A stretch of 61,983 nucleotides of DNA, counting the filler. It is 5 parts of 5 records of this genome, joined end to end, with 100 filler letters (N's around TTAATTAATTAA, not from the genome) between each part and the next. Parts side by side here need not be neighbours in the genome. Positions count along the whole stretch, not along the records: positions 1 to 24,275 come from SRR31156797_12852; 4 more parts are not named here. One strand, 5' to 3'. This document shows positions 1 through 10,692 of the stretch, piece by piece. Positions within the stretch are counted from its first letter, which is position 1. Each line of letters opens with the position of its first letter. A model generated the notes under the pieces. It was not told the origin of the DNA, searched no databases, and saw nothing but the letters and a program-made list of their open reading frames with translations. The translations under genes and the position numbers were made by a program.

Positions 1-2712
1 GTGTTCAATTACAATTACAGTATTGCCTTTATCTACTAGGCGATTCAGGACATCAAGTAAAACTCTGATATCTTCAAAATGTAAACCTGTAGTTGGTTCA
101 TCTAATATGTAAATGGTTTTCCCTGTATCTTTTTTAGCTAATTCAGAGGCTAGTTTTACGCGTTGCGATTCTCCTCCTGAAAGCGTTGTAGAAGGTTGTC
201 CAAGAGTTATATAACCCAAACCAACTTCCTTAATTACTCTTAGTTTGTGTGCTATTTGTGGAATGTTCTCGAAAAAATCAACAGCCTGATTAATGGTCAT
301 ATCAAGAACGTCGCTGATCGATTTTCCTTTATATCTCACTTCAAGCGTTTCCCGGTTGTACCTTTTTCCGTTACAGTCCGGACATTCAACCATCACATCA
401 GGTAAAAAATTCATTTCTATTACCTGAACACCTCCTCCTTTGCAAGTTTCGCATCGGCCTCCAGCCATATTAAAAGAAAAGCGACCCGGTTTATAATCTC
501 TTATTTTTGATTCAGGAAGTCCGGTAAATAGTTTTCTGATTTCATCAAAAACTTTGGTGTAGGTTGCCGGGTTCGATCGAGGTGTTCTGCCTAATGGAGA
601 CTGATCTACGTCCACAACTTTATCTACATATTCTAAACCATCTATTTTTTTATACGCCAATGGATCTTTAACAGCTTTATATACATGCTGGTTAAGGATA
701 GGATATAAAGTTTCGTTGATTAGCGTTGATTTTCCACTCCCGGAAACGCCACTAACACAAATTAGTTTACCTAAAGGAAATGTAGCTGTTACATTTTTTA
801 GATTATTCCCGGATGCGCCACGAAGAACTAATTTGTTACCATTACCATCTCTTCGTTTATCAGGAATGGCGATTGTTTTTTTATGGTTAAGATAATCAGC
901 TGTTAAGGTATTGGCTTTAATCACCTCTTTAGGATTGCCGTGAGCAACAATTTCTCCGCCATGCCTTCCTGCATATGGTCCCATGTCAATCAAATAATCC
1001 GATTGAAGCATCATATCTTTATCATGTTCTACAACTAATACGGTATTTCCAGTATCTCTAAGTTGTTGTAATGAATGTATGAGTTTGTGGTTATCCCTTT
1101 GATGCAGGCCGATACTTGGTTCATCTAAAATGTATAAAACATTAACCAATTGCGATCCAATTTGTGTTGCCAGTCTAATGCGTTGACTTTCACCTCCGGA
1201 TAGAGTCATGGCACTTCGATTCAAGGAAAGATATCCTAAACCAACGTCCAACAGAAAACCTAAACGGCTTTTGATTTCTTTCAAGATTTCAGCAGCAATG
1301 GTTTTTTGCTTAGAACTCAGATGTTCCTCTATGTTTTCAAACCATTCTGCCAACAGAATCAAATCCATTTCTGATAATTCAGCAATGTTTTTGTCGTTTA
1401 GTTTAAAGTGCAAAGCTTCCTTGTTTAATCTTTGTCCATCACATTCCGGACATTGAGATGAGGTTACAAATTGTCCAACCCATTTTTTTGCTTTCTTACT
1501 TGTCTCTGTGCTTTGCTGTTGCAGGATGTATTTTATTACACCATCAAAACTGATAAAATAGTTTGAAGAAGTTCCAAGAGGGGTGTTTTTTAAAGTAATG
1601 GGTTCACTCGTTCCATTTAAAATGGTATCTAATGCTTCTTCCGGAATGTTTTTTATCGCTGTTTTTAAGGTAAAGCCATACTTTTCAGCAATCGCTTCCA
1701 GTTGCCAAAATATCAAAGTGTTTTTATATTTTCCTAAAGGTGCTATTCCTCCCGCTCTAATACTTAAGGAGTCGTTGGGAATCACTTTTTCGATATCAAC
1801 CATATTGATACTTCCAAGACCTTTACATTTGTTGCAAGATCCTTGAGGCGAATTGAAAGAGAAGGAGTGAGGAGCGGGTTCATTGTATGATATTCCCGTA
1901 GTAGGGCACATGAGTTTTTGTGAATAAAACTTTGCTTCCTGACTTTCAACATCCAACATCATCATAATGCCTTTACCATTTTTCATGGCCAGAGCAACGG
2001 AATCTGCTAAGCGTTTTTCATCCTTGTCAGATACTTTAATCCGATCAATAACCATTTCAATGCTATGGTTTTTGTATCTGTCAACTTTATAGCCGTGTTC
2101 CAGTTCTACAATTTCACCATCCACTCTGGCGTGCAGGTATCCTTTTTTACGGATTTGTTCAAAAAGTTCCTTGTAGTGTCCTTTTCTGTTTTTAACTAAA
2201 GGAGCAAGCACCATCACTTTTTTACCTTGAAAATTCCCTTTGATAAGGGAAATAATTTTTTCGGTGGTGTATTTTACCATTTTTTCACCCGTGTTGTACG
2301 AATAGGCATCAGAAGCTCTGGCATACAACAAACGCATGAAATCATAAATTTCGGTGATCGTACCAACGGTAGATCGGGGATTTTTATTAGTTGTTTTCTG
2401 TTCAATGGAAATTACAGGACTTAAACCTGTAATTTTATCTACATCGGGACGTTCCATGTTTCCCAGGAACTGTCTGGCATAGGCCGAAAAAGTTTCAATA
2501 TATCGACGCTGGCCTTCGGCGTATATGGTATCAAATGCCAATGAAGATTTACCACTACCACTCAATCCTGTTATAACTACCAGTTTGTTTCGAGGAAATT
2601 CGATATCTACATTCTGCAGATTGTGAACACGGGCTCCATAAACAGAAATGGCTCCATCTTCAACATAAACTTCTTCTTCAACTAAAGCATTTGTGTCTTG
2701 TATATTTCCCAT
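1..2712 (-). CDS. uvrA: Excinuclease ABC subunit A (3' end truncated by window edge)
   Basis: Manual translation from ATG 2712: MGNIQDT...GARVHNLQNVD...VITGLSGSGKSSLAFDTIYAEGQRRY; the same frame reaches KGNTVIVIEH at position 1. Absent from the ORF track because no stop codon is in the window. Confidence 0.97.
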   Translation of the reverse strand, partial: MGNIQDTNALVEEEVYVEDGAISVYGARVHNLQNVDIEFPRNKLVVITGLSGSGKSSLAFDTIYAEGQRRYIETFSAYARQFLGNMERPDVDKITGLSPVISIEQKTTNKNPRSTVGTITEIYDFMRLLYARASDAYSYNTGEKMVKYTTEKIISLIKGNFQGKKVMVLAPLVKNRKGHYKELFEQIRKKGYLHARVDGEIVELEHGYKVDRYKNHSIEMVIDRIKVSDKDEKRLADSVALAMKNGKGIMMMLDVESQEAKFYSQKLMCPTTGISYNEPAPHSFSFNSPQGSCNKCKGLGSINMVDIEKVIPNDSLSIRAGGIAPLGKYKNTLIFWQLEAIAEKYGFTLKTAIKNIPEEALDTILNGTSEPITLKNTPLGTSSNYFISFDGVIKYILQQQSTETSKKAKKWVGQFVTSSQCPECDGQRLNKEALHFKLNDKNIAELSEMDLILLAEWFENIEEHLSSKQKTIAAEILKEIKSRLGFLLDVGLGYLSLNRSAMTLSGGESQRIRLATQIGSQLVNVLYILDEPSIGLHQRDNHKLIHSLQQLRDTGNTVLVVEHDKDMMLQSDYLIDMGPYAGRHGGEIVAHGNPKEVIKANTLTADYLNHKKTIAIPDKRRDGNGNKLVLRGASGNNLKNVTATFPLGKLICVSGVSGSGKSTLINETLYPILNQHVYKAVKDPLAYKKIDGLEYVDKVVDVDQSPLGRTPRSNPATYTKVFDEIRKLFTGLPESKIRDYKPGRFSFNMAGGRCETCKGGGVQVIEMNFLPDVMVECPDCNGKRYNRETLEVRYKGKSISDVLDMTINQAVDFFENIPQIAHKLRVIKEVGLGYITLGQPSTTLSGGESQRVKLASELAKKDTGKTIYILDEPTTGLHFEDIRVLLDVLNRLVDKGNTVIVIEH

Positions 2713-2813
2713 AATCTACCTTTCTAAGCTAGCAAATATAGGAAAACAAAAAGAGATTAGTTTTTATCACCAGAAGGAAATGATGGTAAAAAAAACACCG
2801 AAGTGTTGGCAAC

Positions 2814-2841
2814 AAAAAATCCATTGAGCTTGTCAATGGAT
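2814..2841 (-). terminator. Intrinsic terminator after the SLT gene
   Basis: Stem ATCCATTGA/TCAATGGAT with an A-tract at 2814-2819 (U-tract on the minus strand). Confidence 0.65.
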
Positions 2842-2884
2842 CTTATATATTGTTTTGAAAACTATTTTATAATTCCGTTATAAC

Positions 2885-3931
2885 TTATTCAATGATGAGT
2901 TCTTGTTTTTCTATGGAAATATGATTTTCATTAAGTATATGAGGAACTACTACTTCACTTTGTATAGGTTTAGAGGGTAGTTCTTTTAGTTCACTATTAT
3001 TTTTAGGAAGACTAATTTCGTAGGTTTTTCTTAAAGAGTTTGTTAACTCATTTTCACGAAGCCAAGGGTTAAGATCCTTTAGTTCTTTGTATGATAAATC
3101 ATATAATCCTGCAAAAGTTGCAATATTATTAATCGTTGAATCAATAGTCACTTTTTCGGTTGGAATAACAGGGTACAAATCCTTAGGTTTTACGTAAAAT
3201 CCATATTGGGTTGGATTTGATAGAATTTCTTTTACCGCAATAATTCTGTATACATACCTTCCTGTTTCTTCTCCTAATAACAGGTTATAATAGTCTGAAG
3301 CTTGTTGTTTGTCAAGCTGTTTGTTAATACCTCTTTTACCTGCATTATATGAGGCGGCTACCAAGGTCCAGTTTTCATATGTTTGATATGATTTTTTTAG
3401 GTATTTGCAAGCTGCAATTGTCGCTTTTTCTAAATGATAACGTTCGTCAATTTCATTATTGATTTCAAGGCCATATTCAATTCCAGTGCTTTTCATAAAT
3501 TGCCATATGCCAGCTGCACCTGCCGGAGATACTGATCGGGGCATAAGTCCGCTTTCAATTACTGCTAAATATTTAAAGTCATCAGGAACACCTTGCTCTT
3601 TTAAAATAGGTTCAATAATAGGGAAGAAACGGTTGCATCTTTTTATAAAAAGTACGGTTTGTGATTGCCAATAGGTATTAACTAAAAGTTCTTTATCAAG
3701 GCTTTCTTTCACCCAGTGCTTTTCAACTGGGACTCTTTCTTCTGCAAAATATATTGTATCCGGAATGTTCAGGCTAAAAATAGAATAGGCCTTTTCAAAA
3801 CTTGGTTCATGCAATTCCTTCGTCGCCGGTTCAGATGAATAGGTGAAAAGTTGAAAAATGATATAAACGGCTATTATACTTGTTGAAATAGATAATAATT
3901 TGATGTAGTTGTTGGTTGATTTACGCTTCAT
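2885..3931 (-). CDS. Lytic transglycosylase (SLT, MltD-like)
   Basis: YLAVIESGL, SPAGAAGIWQFM and AASYNAG motifs; N-terminal TM segment. Confidence 0.9.
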   Translation of the reverse strand: MKRKSTNNYIKLLSISTSIIAVYIIFQLFTYSSEPATKELHEPSFEKAYSIFSLNIPDTIYFAEERVPVEKHWVKESLDKELLVNTYWQSQTVLFIKRCNRFFPIIEPILKEQGVPDDFKYLAVIESGLMPRSVSPAGAAGIWQFMKSTGIEYGLEINNEIDERYHLEKATIAACKYLKKSYQTYENWTLVAASYNAGKRGINKQLDKQQASDYYNLLLGEETGRYVYRIIAVKEILSNPTQYGFYVKPKDLYPVIPTEKVTIDSTINNIATFAGLYDLSYKELKDLNPWLRENELTNSLRKTYEISLPKNNSELKELPSKPIQSEVVVPHILNENHISIEKQELIIE

Positions 3932-4144
3932 AATTATCCCCCTCGTTATTGCTTTCCGGTTTGCGCTCGAAAAATATATAATACACTTTAAAAAGAAAAC
4001 TCTTCAAAGAATACGTTGCAGATTTACTTTTTGTTGTGATAAAAACTAAAAATTTACACAAAGTTTTTATACAAATTAACTATGCATTAAGAAATGCTAA
4101 ACGCAATACAAATATGTATTTTTTATCTTGGATTTAAGTTGATT

Positions 4145-4178
4145 AAAAAAGCCGGTAATTGAAAATGAATTACCGGCT
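4145..4178 (-). terminator. Intrinsic terminator after pdxA
   Basis: 11-bp stem AGCCGGTAATT/AATTACCGGCT plus an A6 tract on its left. Confidence 0.8.
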
Positions 4179-4187
4179 GTATAATGT

Positions 4188-5288
4188 TTAGATTTCTTCT
4201 TGTTCTTCTTCAGGCAACTGCTCATCCAGTTTGTCATCCATCTTGCTTATATCGTATGATCTAAGCGGATTTTTCGACAGTTCTTTATAAGAGCTTCTGT
4301 TTTTAAAGATATCTATAGCTGCATAAATAGCTTGTCTGAATGATTCTTCATCGGCTGAACCCTGACCTGCAATTTCAAATGCAGTTCCATGATCTGGTGA
4401 TGTTCTGATGATTGGTAATCCTGCAGTAAAATTCACACCCGAAGCAAATGAAATTGTTTTGAACGGGATTAGACCCTGATCGTGATACATAGCTAAGATG
4501 GCGTCAAACTTAGATAAGTTATTAGAACCAAATAGTCCATCAGCAGGGTATGGACCTAATGCCATTATTCCTAATTTTTTAGCATCTTCAATCGCAGGAA
4601 TGATAACCTCTTGTTCTTCTTTTCCGATTAGGCCTTCATCGCCAGCATGAGGATTGAGACCCAAAACCGCAATTCGTGGTTTACGAATAGTAAAATCTTC
4701 TTTTAAAGAACGATTTAATATTCTCAGTTTATCTAGAATTTTATCTCTGGTAATGCTCTCAGAAACCTGGTTAATCGGAATATGTCCGGTAACAACACCT
4801 ACTTTTAATACATCACTAATTAAAAGCATTAAGGATCCATTTTTTCCAAATTCAGATTCTAGGTATTCTGTATGACCAGGAAAACTAAAGTCGTCGGATT
4901 GAATATTTTTTTTGTGAATAGGAGCTGTTACAAGAACATCAATTTTGTTTTCTTTTAAATCTGCTACAGCAGCTTGTAGAGCCGCGTAGGCAGCTTCTCC
5001 TCCCATTTTTGTTGCTTTACCAAGCTCTACTCTGATATTGTCATCAGCACAGTTAATGATGTTGGCTCTTTTGGGATGAGCACCTTCAGCACTTCGTATA
5101 TTGTTTAAACTTAAATTTGATATATTTAATGTTTTACGATGATATGCGGCAACCTTGGAAGACCCGTAAATTATGGGTGTGCACATGTCAAGCATACGAT
5201 TATCACTTAGTGTTTTAAAAATGATTTCGTAACCTATGCCATTGATGTCTCCATGGGTAATTCCCAGTCTTATTTTATGTGTATTCAT
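4188..5288 (-). CDS. pdxA: 4-hydroxythreonine-4-phosphate dehydrogenase
   Basis: GITHGDINGIG, FPGHTEYL, GLNPHAGD, AMYHDQGL and RTSPDHGTA motifs; ATG 5288 preferred over the ORF-track start at 5318. Confidence 0.95.
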   Translation of the reverse strand: MNTHKIRLGITHGDINGIGYEIIFKTLSDNRMLDMCTPIIYGSSKVAAYHRKTLNISNLSLNNIRSAEGAHPKRANIINCADDNIRVELGKATKMGGEAAYAALQAAVADLKENKIDVLVTAPIHKKNIQSDDFSFPGHTEYLESEFGKNGSLMLLISDVLKVGVVTGHIPINQVSESITRDKILDKLRILNRSLKEDFTIRKPRIAVLGLNPHAGDEGLIGKEEQEVIIPAIEDAKKLGIMALGPYPADGLFGSNNLSKFDAILAMYHDQGLIPFKTISFASGVNFTAGLPIIRTSPDHGTAFEIAGQGSADEESFRQAIYAAIDIFKNRSSYKELSKNPLRSYDISKMDDKLDEQLPEEEQEEI

Positions 5289-5401
5289 ACGATCCTTTTG
5301 TATTTCTTCCTCAAACAAAACCTTTAATTTTCCATTGTTTTAGAAAAAAAGAAGGTGAGGGCTTAAATATCGCCATTTTTGTGAAAGAATCGGTCTAAAA
5401 A

Positions 5402-6838
5402 TTAATTTTTTGTTTTGGCTTTTAAAAATTGATATAAAAGTCTTACTCCAACTCCTGAGCCACCCTTCCCTCTGTAACTGCTTTCCTTTAAATGAAAAGA
5501 AGGACCTGCAATATCAAGGTGAATCCATGGATATGTAATGAAGTTAGATAAGAATTTACCGGCAGTAATGGCTCCTCCCTCGCGGCTACCTAAATTCTTT
5601 ATGTCGGCAATGTCAGATTTAATTAAGGCATCATAATCGCTCCAGAATGGGAATTTTACAATGCGTTCGTGAGTTTCAAATCCAACAGATTCCAGTTCAT
5701 TAAATGTTGTATCATCTGCAGTACCCATGGCAACAGTAGCGTATTCACCAATAGCCATCACGGCAGAACCGGTTAAAGTAGCCAGGTCAATAACTAATTC
5801 AGGTTCGAATTTATTGGCATAACTTAAGGCATCTGCAAGTATCAATCTACCTTCCGCATCGGTGTTTATCACTTCAACGGTTTTGCCATTGTGCATGGTA
5901 AGAATATCACCAGGAACATAGGCATTTTTACCCGGGCGGTTATCAGTTGCCGGAACTAATCCTATTACATGCACAGGTAAATTATTTTTAGCAACGGCAG
6001 CTAATGTTCCAATCACAGATGCAGCTCCGCCCATGTCACATTTCATGGTATCTAAACTTCCGGGAGGTGTTTTTAAGTTAATACCACCTGTGTCAAAAAC
6101 AACCCCTTTCCCAACTAAAATAACCGGTTTTGTATTAACCGCATTTTCTGGTTTCCATTCCAATATTGAAAAAGTAGGAGGGTCGATACTGCCTTTGTTT
6201 ACCGCTAGCAAACCACCAAATTTTAGTGCTTCAATTTTGTTTTTGTTGAATACCTCAGCATGAAATCCATCTTTTTTTGATTGTTCCAAAATGAAATCAC
6301 TCAACTGCGTTGCATTTAATTTATCAACCGGTTGGTTTACCAGATCACGCGTAATGTAAACGGATTCTAGCAGGTTATTTAATTCGTTTAATTCGCAACC
6401 TGTAATAGCAGAACTGGCAACGTTAATATCTTTGATAATATTTTCTTTTTCCTCTTTATCAGATTTATACCTGACAAAAGTATAGGCACTTAAAACAAGA
6501 CCTTCACACAATGCAATAACAGTTTCTTTATTGCCTAAAACATCTACAATAGCCACATCGGAAACGTCTTCAGATTTAAGCTTCTTATAAATGCTATGCG
6601 CGTCAGTTCTCACTTTTTCAAGGTCATCATTTCCTGTTTTATCAATTATCCGAATAAAAACTTGTTGATTTAAACGATTGATATGAACCAATGACTGTTC
6701 TTTTTGAGCCTTCTTTTTTATGTATTCTATTTCGTTATCCGAAATTTTAAAATCTTGTAATAATTCAAGATCATTTAATAAGAAAATTAAATTTCCTTCG
6801 TGATTTATGTCGATTGCTTTTTTTAATGTTGGACGCAT
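5402..6838 (-). CDS. pepA: M17 leucyl aminopeptidase
   Basis: VGKGVVFDTGG, MKCDMGGAA, NTDAEGRLILAD and HLDIAG motifs; ATG 6838 preferred. Confidence 0.93.
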   Translation of the reverse strand: MRPTLKKAIDINHEGNLIFLLNDLELLQDFKISDNEIEYIKKKAQKEQSLVHINRLNQQVFIRIIDKTGNDDLEKVRTDAHSIYKKLKSEDVSDVAIVDVLGNKETVIALCEGLVLSAYTFVRYKSDKEEKENIIKDINVASSAITGCELNELNNLLESVYITRDLVNQPVDKLNATQLSDFILEQSKKDGFHAEVFNKNKIEALKFGGLLAVNKGSIDPPTFSILEWKPENAVNTKPVILVGKGVVFDTGGINLKTPPGSLDTMKCDMGGAASVIGTLAAVAKNNLPVHVIGLVPATDNRPGKNAYVPGDILTMHNGKTVEVINTDAEGRLILADALSYANKFEPELVIDLATLTGSAVMAIGEYATVAMGTADDTTFNELESVGFETHERIVKFPFWSDYDALIKSDIADIKNLGSREGGAITAGKFLSNFITYPWIHLDIAGPSFHLKESSYRGKGGSGVGVRLLYQFLKAKTKN

Positions 6839-6899
6839 AATTCTAACTTTATTTGTATGATACTCAAATAACAATAAGGATAGATGAATGTTTTGGTTT

Positions 6900-7295
6900 T
6901 TAAGTAAGCATATTATTGCCGGAATTACTTTGTTGCCTGAAAAAATCTCGTGTAATTACTTTTTTCAATTCCCGATGAATAATTAGTTCAGTTAATACCT
7001 CATTGTATGGTTTGTCCTGCAGTTGACTTTCATACAGGCTTATTTGTTTTTCACTGATATCAATTCTATACAAAAAGTGCATAAACCGGTCTAAGCTATC
7101 AGAGATTAAAGAAGCAACATGATCTTTCATCTGATCGAATAATTCTTCATAAAAGAATTCAGCCTGTCCGGAATATTGAATTTCCAGACCGAACTCTCCA
7201 AAATCTTTTTGGATTTGTCTTCCAGTTTCTACGATCAGGTCATTTTGGCGGGAAGCTTTAATCAGGTCTTCTCTGGATGTTGTCGGCAGTTTCAT
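6900..7295 (-). CDS. Conserved hypothetical Bacteroidota protein
   Basis: 131-aa ORF; its start overlaps the upstream gene's stop; FLYRIDISE...RELKKVITR pattern. Confidence 0.7.
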   Translation of the reverse strand: MKLPTTSREDLIKASRQNDLIVETGRQIQKDFGEFGLEIQYSGQAEFFYEELFDQMKDHVASLISDSLDRFMHFLYRIDISEKQISLYESQLQDKPYNEVLTELIIHRELKKVITRDFFRQQSNSGNNMLT

Positions 7296-8293
7296 TATTT
7301 TGATTGCTTAACTTGTTTGTAAGAATGCAGTATTGCTTCGAGTTGTCTAACCTGATTTCTTTTTTTAGGTTTTTCAGGATTGTACACGTAGCCTTCTGTT
7401 ACAATAAGTTTGTTTCTTTCCTGATTTAAGTGAGCCATGCTAACAAACGGGCCTCCCATCATATCTCCCTGTACTTTCCACAAGCCTCTTAAAACAACCG
7501 TATATAATGAATCGGATGAATTAATCACATTGTAACTAACTGGAATTTGATGTTCAGTTGTCATGTATGATCCCTCTGAAGGCCCGGGAACCTGCTCCAT
7601 TAAAGTTTTGTCCCGACCGTTTAATAAGTATTCTTTAGAAAAAGAACCTTCTCCAACATAATCTAACTCATACATAATTAAGCCAAGGCTTGTTTTAGCT
7701 GTTTCGTGAGACATCCATAAAAAACTATCTTCCTTTTTTCTTAAAGAAAAATCTCGTGGTACTGTTACTGAAGCGCCAAAATGAGAAGTGGTTAAATCAG
7801 ATAATTCTTTATTGAAAGTTCTTTTAAAATAAGTAGTCAATCTTTCTCTTTCTGCTTTGGTAAAAAAGCCTACAAGTTTCAATTCATTCTCTACCAGCAT
7901 TTCTTTCATACTAGCGGTGTCTTTGGCAAAAATTTTAACCAAGGCTTGCTGTTTTGCCCACGTGCCTTTGTAGAATTTAATGCCTTCCTCTTTTACGCTT
8001 TTGTCAACTTCTACCATAATTAAATTACGATAGGTTTTCATAAAATCAGAAAGTGAACGGTAGGGGATCACAGAAACATCAAACATCGGTTCTTCCTGAG
8101 GAAGTCCCATCATGGGTTGATTCATCATCTCCCAAAGTGTTTCTCCGGCTTCGGATTTTTTTACAGCATCATTCATTACAATTATCATAACACCTGCACT
8201 ACCCGATGGATTCGGTTTGTGTGAATTGGGTTTTGTTTTACAACTGCTAAGGATAATGGTTAACGCTAGTAAAAGGAATAAGGTATGTTTCAT
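7295..8293 (-). CDS. DUF4837-family lipoprotein
   Basis: Lipobox LSSC; GLPQEEPMF, WAKQQ and RGLWKVQGDMMGGPFVS motifs. Confidence 0.8.
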   Translation of the reverse strand: MKHTLFLLLALTIILSSCKTKPNSHKPNPSGSAGVMIIVMNDAVKKSEAGETLWEMMNQPMMGLPQEEPMFDVSVIPYRSLSDFMKTYRNLIMVEVDKSVKEEGIKFYKGTWAKQQALVKIFAKDTASMKEMLVENELKLVGFFTKAERERLTTYFKRTFNKELSDLTTSHFGASVTVPRDFSLRKKEDSFLWMSHETAKTSLGLIMYELDYVGEGSFSKEYLLNGRDKTLMEQVPGPSEGSYMTTEHQIPVSYNVINSSDSLYTVVLRGLWKVQGDMMGGPFVSMAHLNQERNKLIVTEGYVYNPEKPKKRNQVRQLEAILHSYKQVKQSK

Positions 8294-8413
8294 GATTCTC
8301 TAATTTAGTTTTAAAACTTATGAAACGCAGTATGCAACTAATCTTTAATAGATTTTGGCTGGTTTCATAATTAATGAATTATTATTATGTATTAGATTAC
8401 CGTAATGGCAATT

Positions 8414-9565
8414 CTATTTTAGTTCTGCCAAATTATCTACTTCTTCTTTAATAAAAAAGAATTTGTTGGAATTGTCTTTAACCTGTATGATCAATTTTTG
8501 ACCAGGATGAATTTCTTTACTTTTCAACTTATTCCATTTCATTATATCTTCAACTGTACAATGGTAGTTGATAGCAATTTTATGAAAATACTCACCTTTT
8601 TGTACAATATGTTCTATTGGAATGGTTTTGTAAGTATTTTGAGCAGCTCTGTTTCTTTCTTGGTATTTGTATAATTCAGGTTCCTTTTGCACAAAAGTAC
8701 TTGCGAAATCTTGTGGAATAAATAATCTAACAGGATCTTCATTTACAGGAATGGTTTCTTTGGTAAAAACCGGATTCAGAAAACTCAGGTCGTCGATGCT
8801 AATGCCAACAACAGTTGAAATTTGTTCAAACGAAATACTTTTTTGAATGTAAACAGTATCTAACTGGTTAAATCCAAACTTGGCAGGTTTATTTTCGATA
8901 TCGTAATTTTTAAAATAACTCATGGCATAATTTGCGGCAATAAACGCAGGAACATAACCTTTTACCTGCTCGGGTAAATAGGGGCGAAGTTCCCAATAAT
9001 TAGTTTTACCACCTGATCTTTCAATGGCTTTTTTTACCACTCCGGCGCCTCCATTATAAGCAGCGAGAGCCAATTGCCAATCGTTAAATGTTCGGTAAAG
9101 ATACTCTAGGTATTTGCATGCGGCTTCGGTTGCCAGAACCGGATCACTTCTTTCGTCAATATAGGTGCTCACTTTTAAGTCGAACATAGAGCCGGCATGA
9201 TATAAAAATTGCCATAAGCCGGTTGCACCGGATTTAGATTTAGCTCTGGGATCAAGGGCTGATTCTATAACTGCCAGATATTTAAGTTCAAGAGGTAAAT
9301 TGTATTTATCCAGGTATTCTTCAAAAAGGGGAAAATATAATTTCGATCGACTAATGATATTGGCCAGATGATCTCTTCTTTTTACGGTGTAAACATCAAT
9401 ATATGCCTGAACAGATTCGTTGTAATCCAGTTGGATGGGTGTTTGATAATTAAGCGCTTCCATTCGTTTTTCAATCATCCATTCCGGAAATTGAGGAATT
9501 GTTTTTTCCTGGCTAAAACAAACGAAAGGAAATAGAATCGCAATCAGAAATACATATAATTTCAT
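8414..9565 (-). CDS. mltD: Membrane-bound lytic murein transglycosylase D-like (SLT + LysM)
   Basis: LAVIESAL, GATGLWQF and ALAAYNGG motifs; C-terminal LysM (HIVQKGEYFHKIA...IHPGQKL). Confidence 0.85.
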   Translation of the reverse strand: MKLYVFLIAILFPFVCFSQEKTIPQFPEWMIEKRMEALNYQTPIQLDYNESVQAYIDVYTVKRRDHLANIISRSKLYFPLFEEYLDKYNLPLELKYLAVIESALDPRAKSKSGATGLWQFLYHAGSMFDLKVSTYIDERSDPVLATEAACKYLEYLYRTFNDWQLALAAYNGGAGVVKKAIERSGGKTNYWELRPYLPEQVKGYVPAFIAANYAMSYFKNYDIENKPAKFGFNQLDTVYIQKSISFEQISTVVGISIDDLSFLNPVFTKETIPVNEDPVRLFIPQDFASTFVQKEPELYKYQERNRAAQNTYKTIPIEHIVQKGEYFHKIAINYHCTVEDIMKWNKLKSKEIHPGQKLIIQVKDNSNKFFFIKEEVDNLAELK

Positions 9566-9633
9566 GCGTATGCATTTATATATTATAGACGAATGAGCTT
9601 GTATGAGAAATCATATTTCAAGCTCATTTCATA

Positions 9634-10530
9634 TTACTTTAAGTTAAAGGTCATAGTACCTATGTTTCGGCCGTCAGCAAAAACATCAGCAGTATAATCC
9701 CCCTCAGTCAGTTCTCCGGCATCAACCTGGTAATATAGGCATACATCCAGTTCATCTCCTCCATATTCAATTACTCTTTTAGCAGAATAATTAATTTCAC
9801 TGTTTTCATAGGTGAAAATATCTTCTTTGCTATGGTACAATAAAGCACCATCCGGTCGTAATATTCTTAAGTATACGAGCTTTTCTCCAACTTCGGCAGT
9901 GATATTTTTTTGTATCGTAAAACAAATCCTGATTTTTGAAACACGGGAATATTTATTTGTCGATCTTCCTTTTGAATTCATACCGCTTGCTTCAAAATTA
10001 AAGGTTTCGAGTTTTGAAGCTATTTCAACCTTATGTTCCAGATTTTCTTTTACTTCTTCTAATTTGGAATAGTTGGTTTGAATATGCGTTACTTTTTGCC
10101 GGTATTGCTGGTTTTCTTCTTGTAATGCCTTGTTGGTTTGATTTAAAGAATCAATTTGAATGACATAGTTTTTTAAAACTTTCCGCAAGGATGATAACTC
10201 TTTTTTATACTCCCTGATTTTTGAGGCGTTGGTTGCTTTTATGGTTTGAATTTCTTCGATAAGGTGCGATATTTTCTCACGATCCTGCTCCAACAATTGA
10301 TTAAGGGTGTCGCTATTGGTTTTTAAGGAGTCGTAATCCAATGCAAGGTTTTCAAATTCATAGGTAAGTAAATCCTTTTCAGCTACCATTTCATCTACTA
10401 AAACCTGCATGGCACTTTGGTTTTTATAGTACAAATATCCCAAAGTAGAAATAATAACAATGGAAATAGCAGCGATGATAATGGCGGTTTGGTGTGATTT
10501 ATGTGGTTTCTTGTTGTCGTTAGTGCTCAT
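9634..10530 (-). CDS. Membrane-anchored coiled-coil hypothetical protein
   Basis: N-terminal TM helix, long heptad-rich region, beta-rich C-terminus. Confidence 0.75.
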   Translation of the reverse strand: MSTNDNKKPHKSHQTAIIIAAISIVIISTLGYLYYKNQSAMQVLVDEMVAEKDLLTYEFENLALDYDSLKTNSDTLNQLLEQDREKISHLIEEIQTIKATNASKIREYKKELSSLRKVLKNYVIQIDSLNQTNKALQEENQQYRQKVTHIQTNYSKLEEVKENLEHKVEIASKLETFNFEASGMNSKGRSTNKYSRVSKIRICFTIQKNITAEVGEKLVYLRILRPDGALLYHSKEDIFTYENSEINYSAKRVIEYGGDELDVCLYYQVDAGELTEGDYTADVFADGRNIGTMTFNLK

Positions 10531-10692
10531 GGTAACGGTTGTGCTTTTAATATTGACGACAAATTTAGAATTTTTTAAGGCATTACATAATATATGATTG
10601 GGATATAATTCATATTATTTCCCTGATATAAAAGAAAGATTGCAGAATTGATTTAAATTTGCTCACTGTTTAACTTTGAATTTATACATTCC

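Noticed and set aside
1208-2424. Short plus-strand ORFs in the track
   Set aside because: Antisense to uvrA
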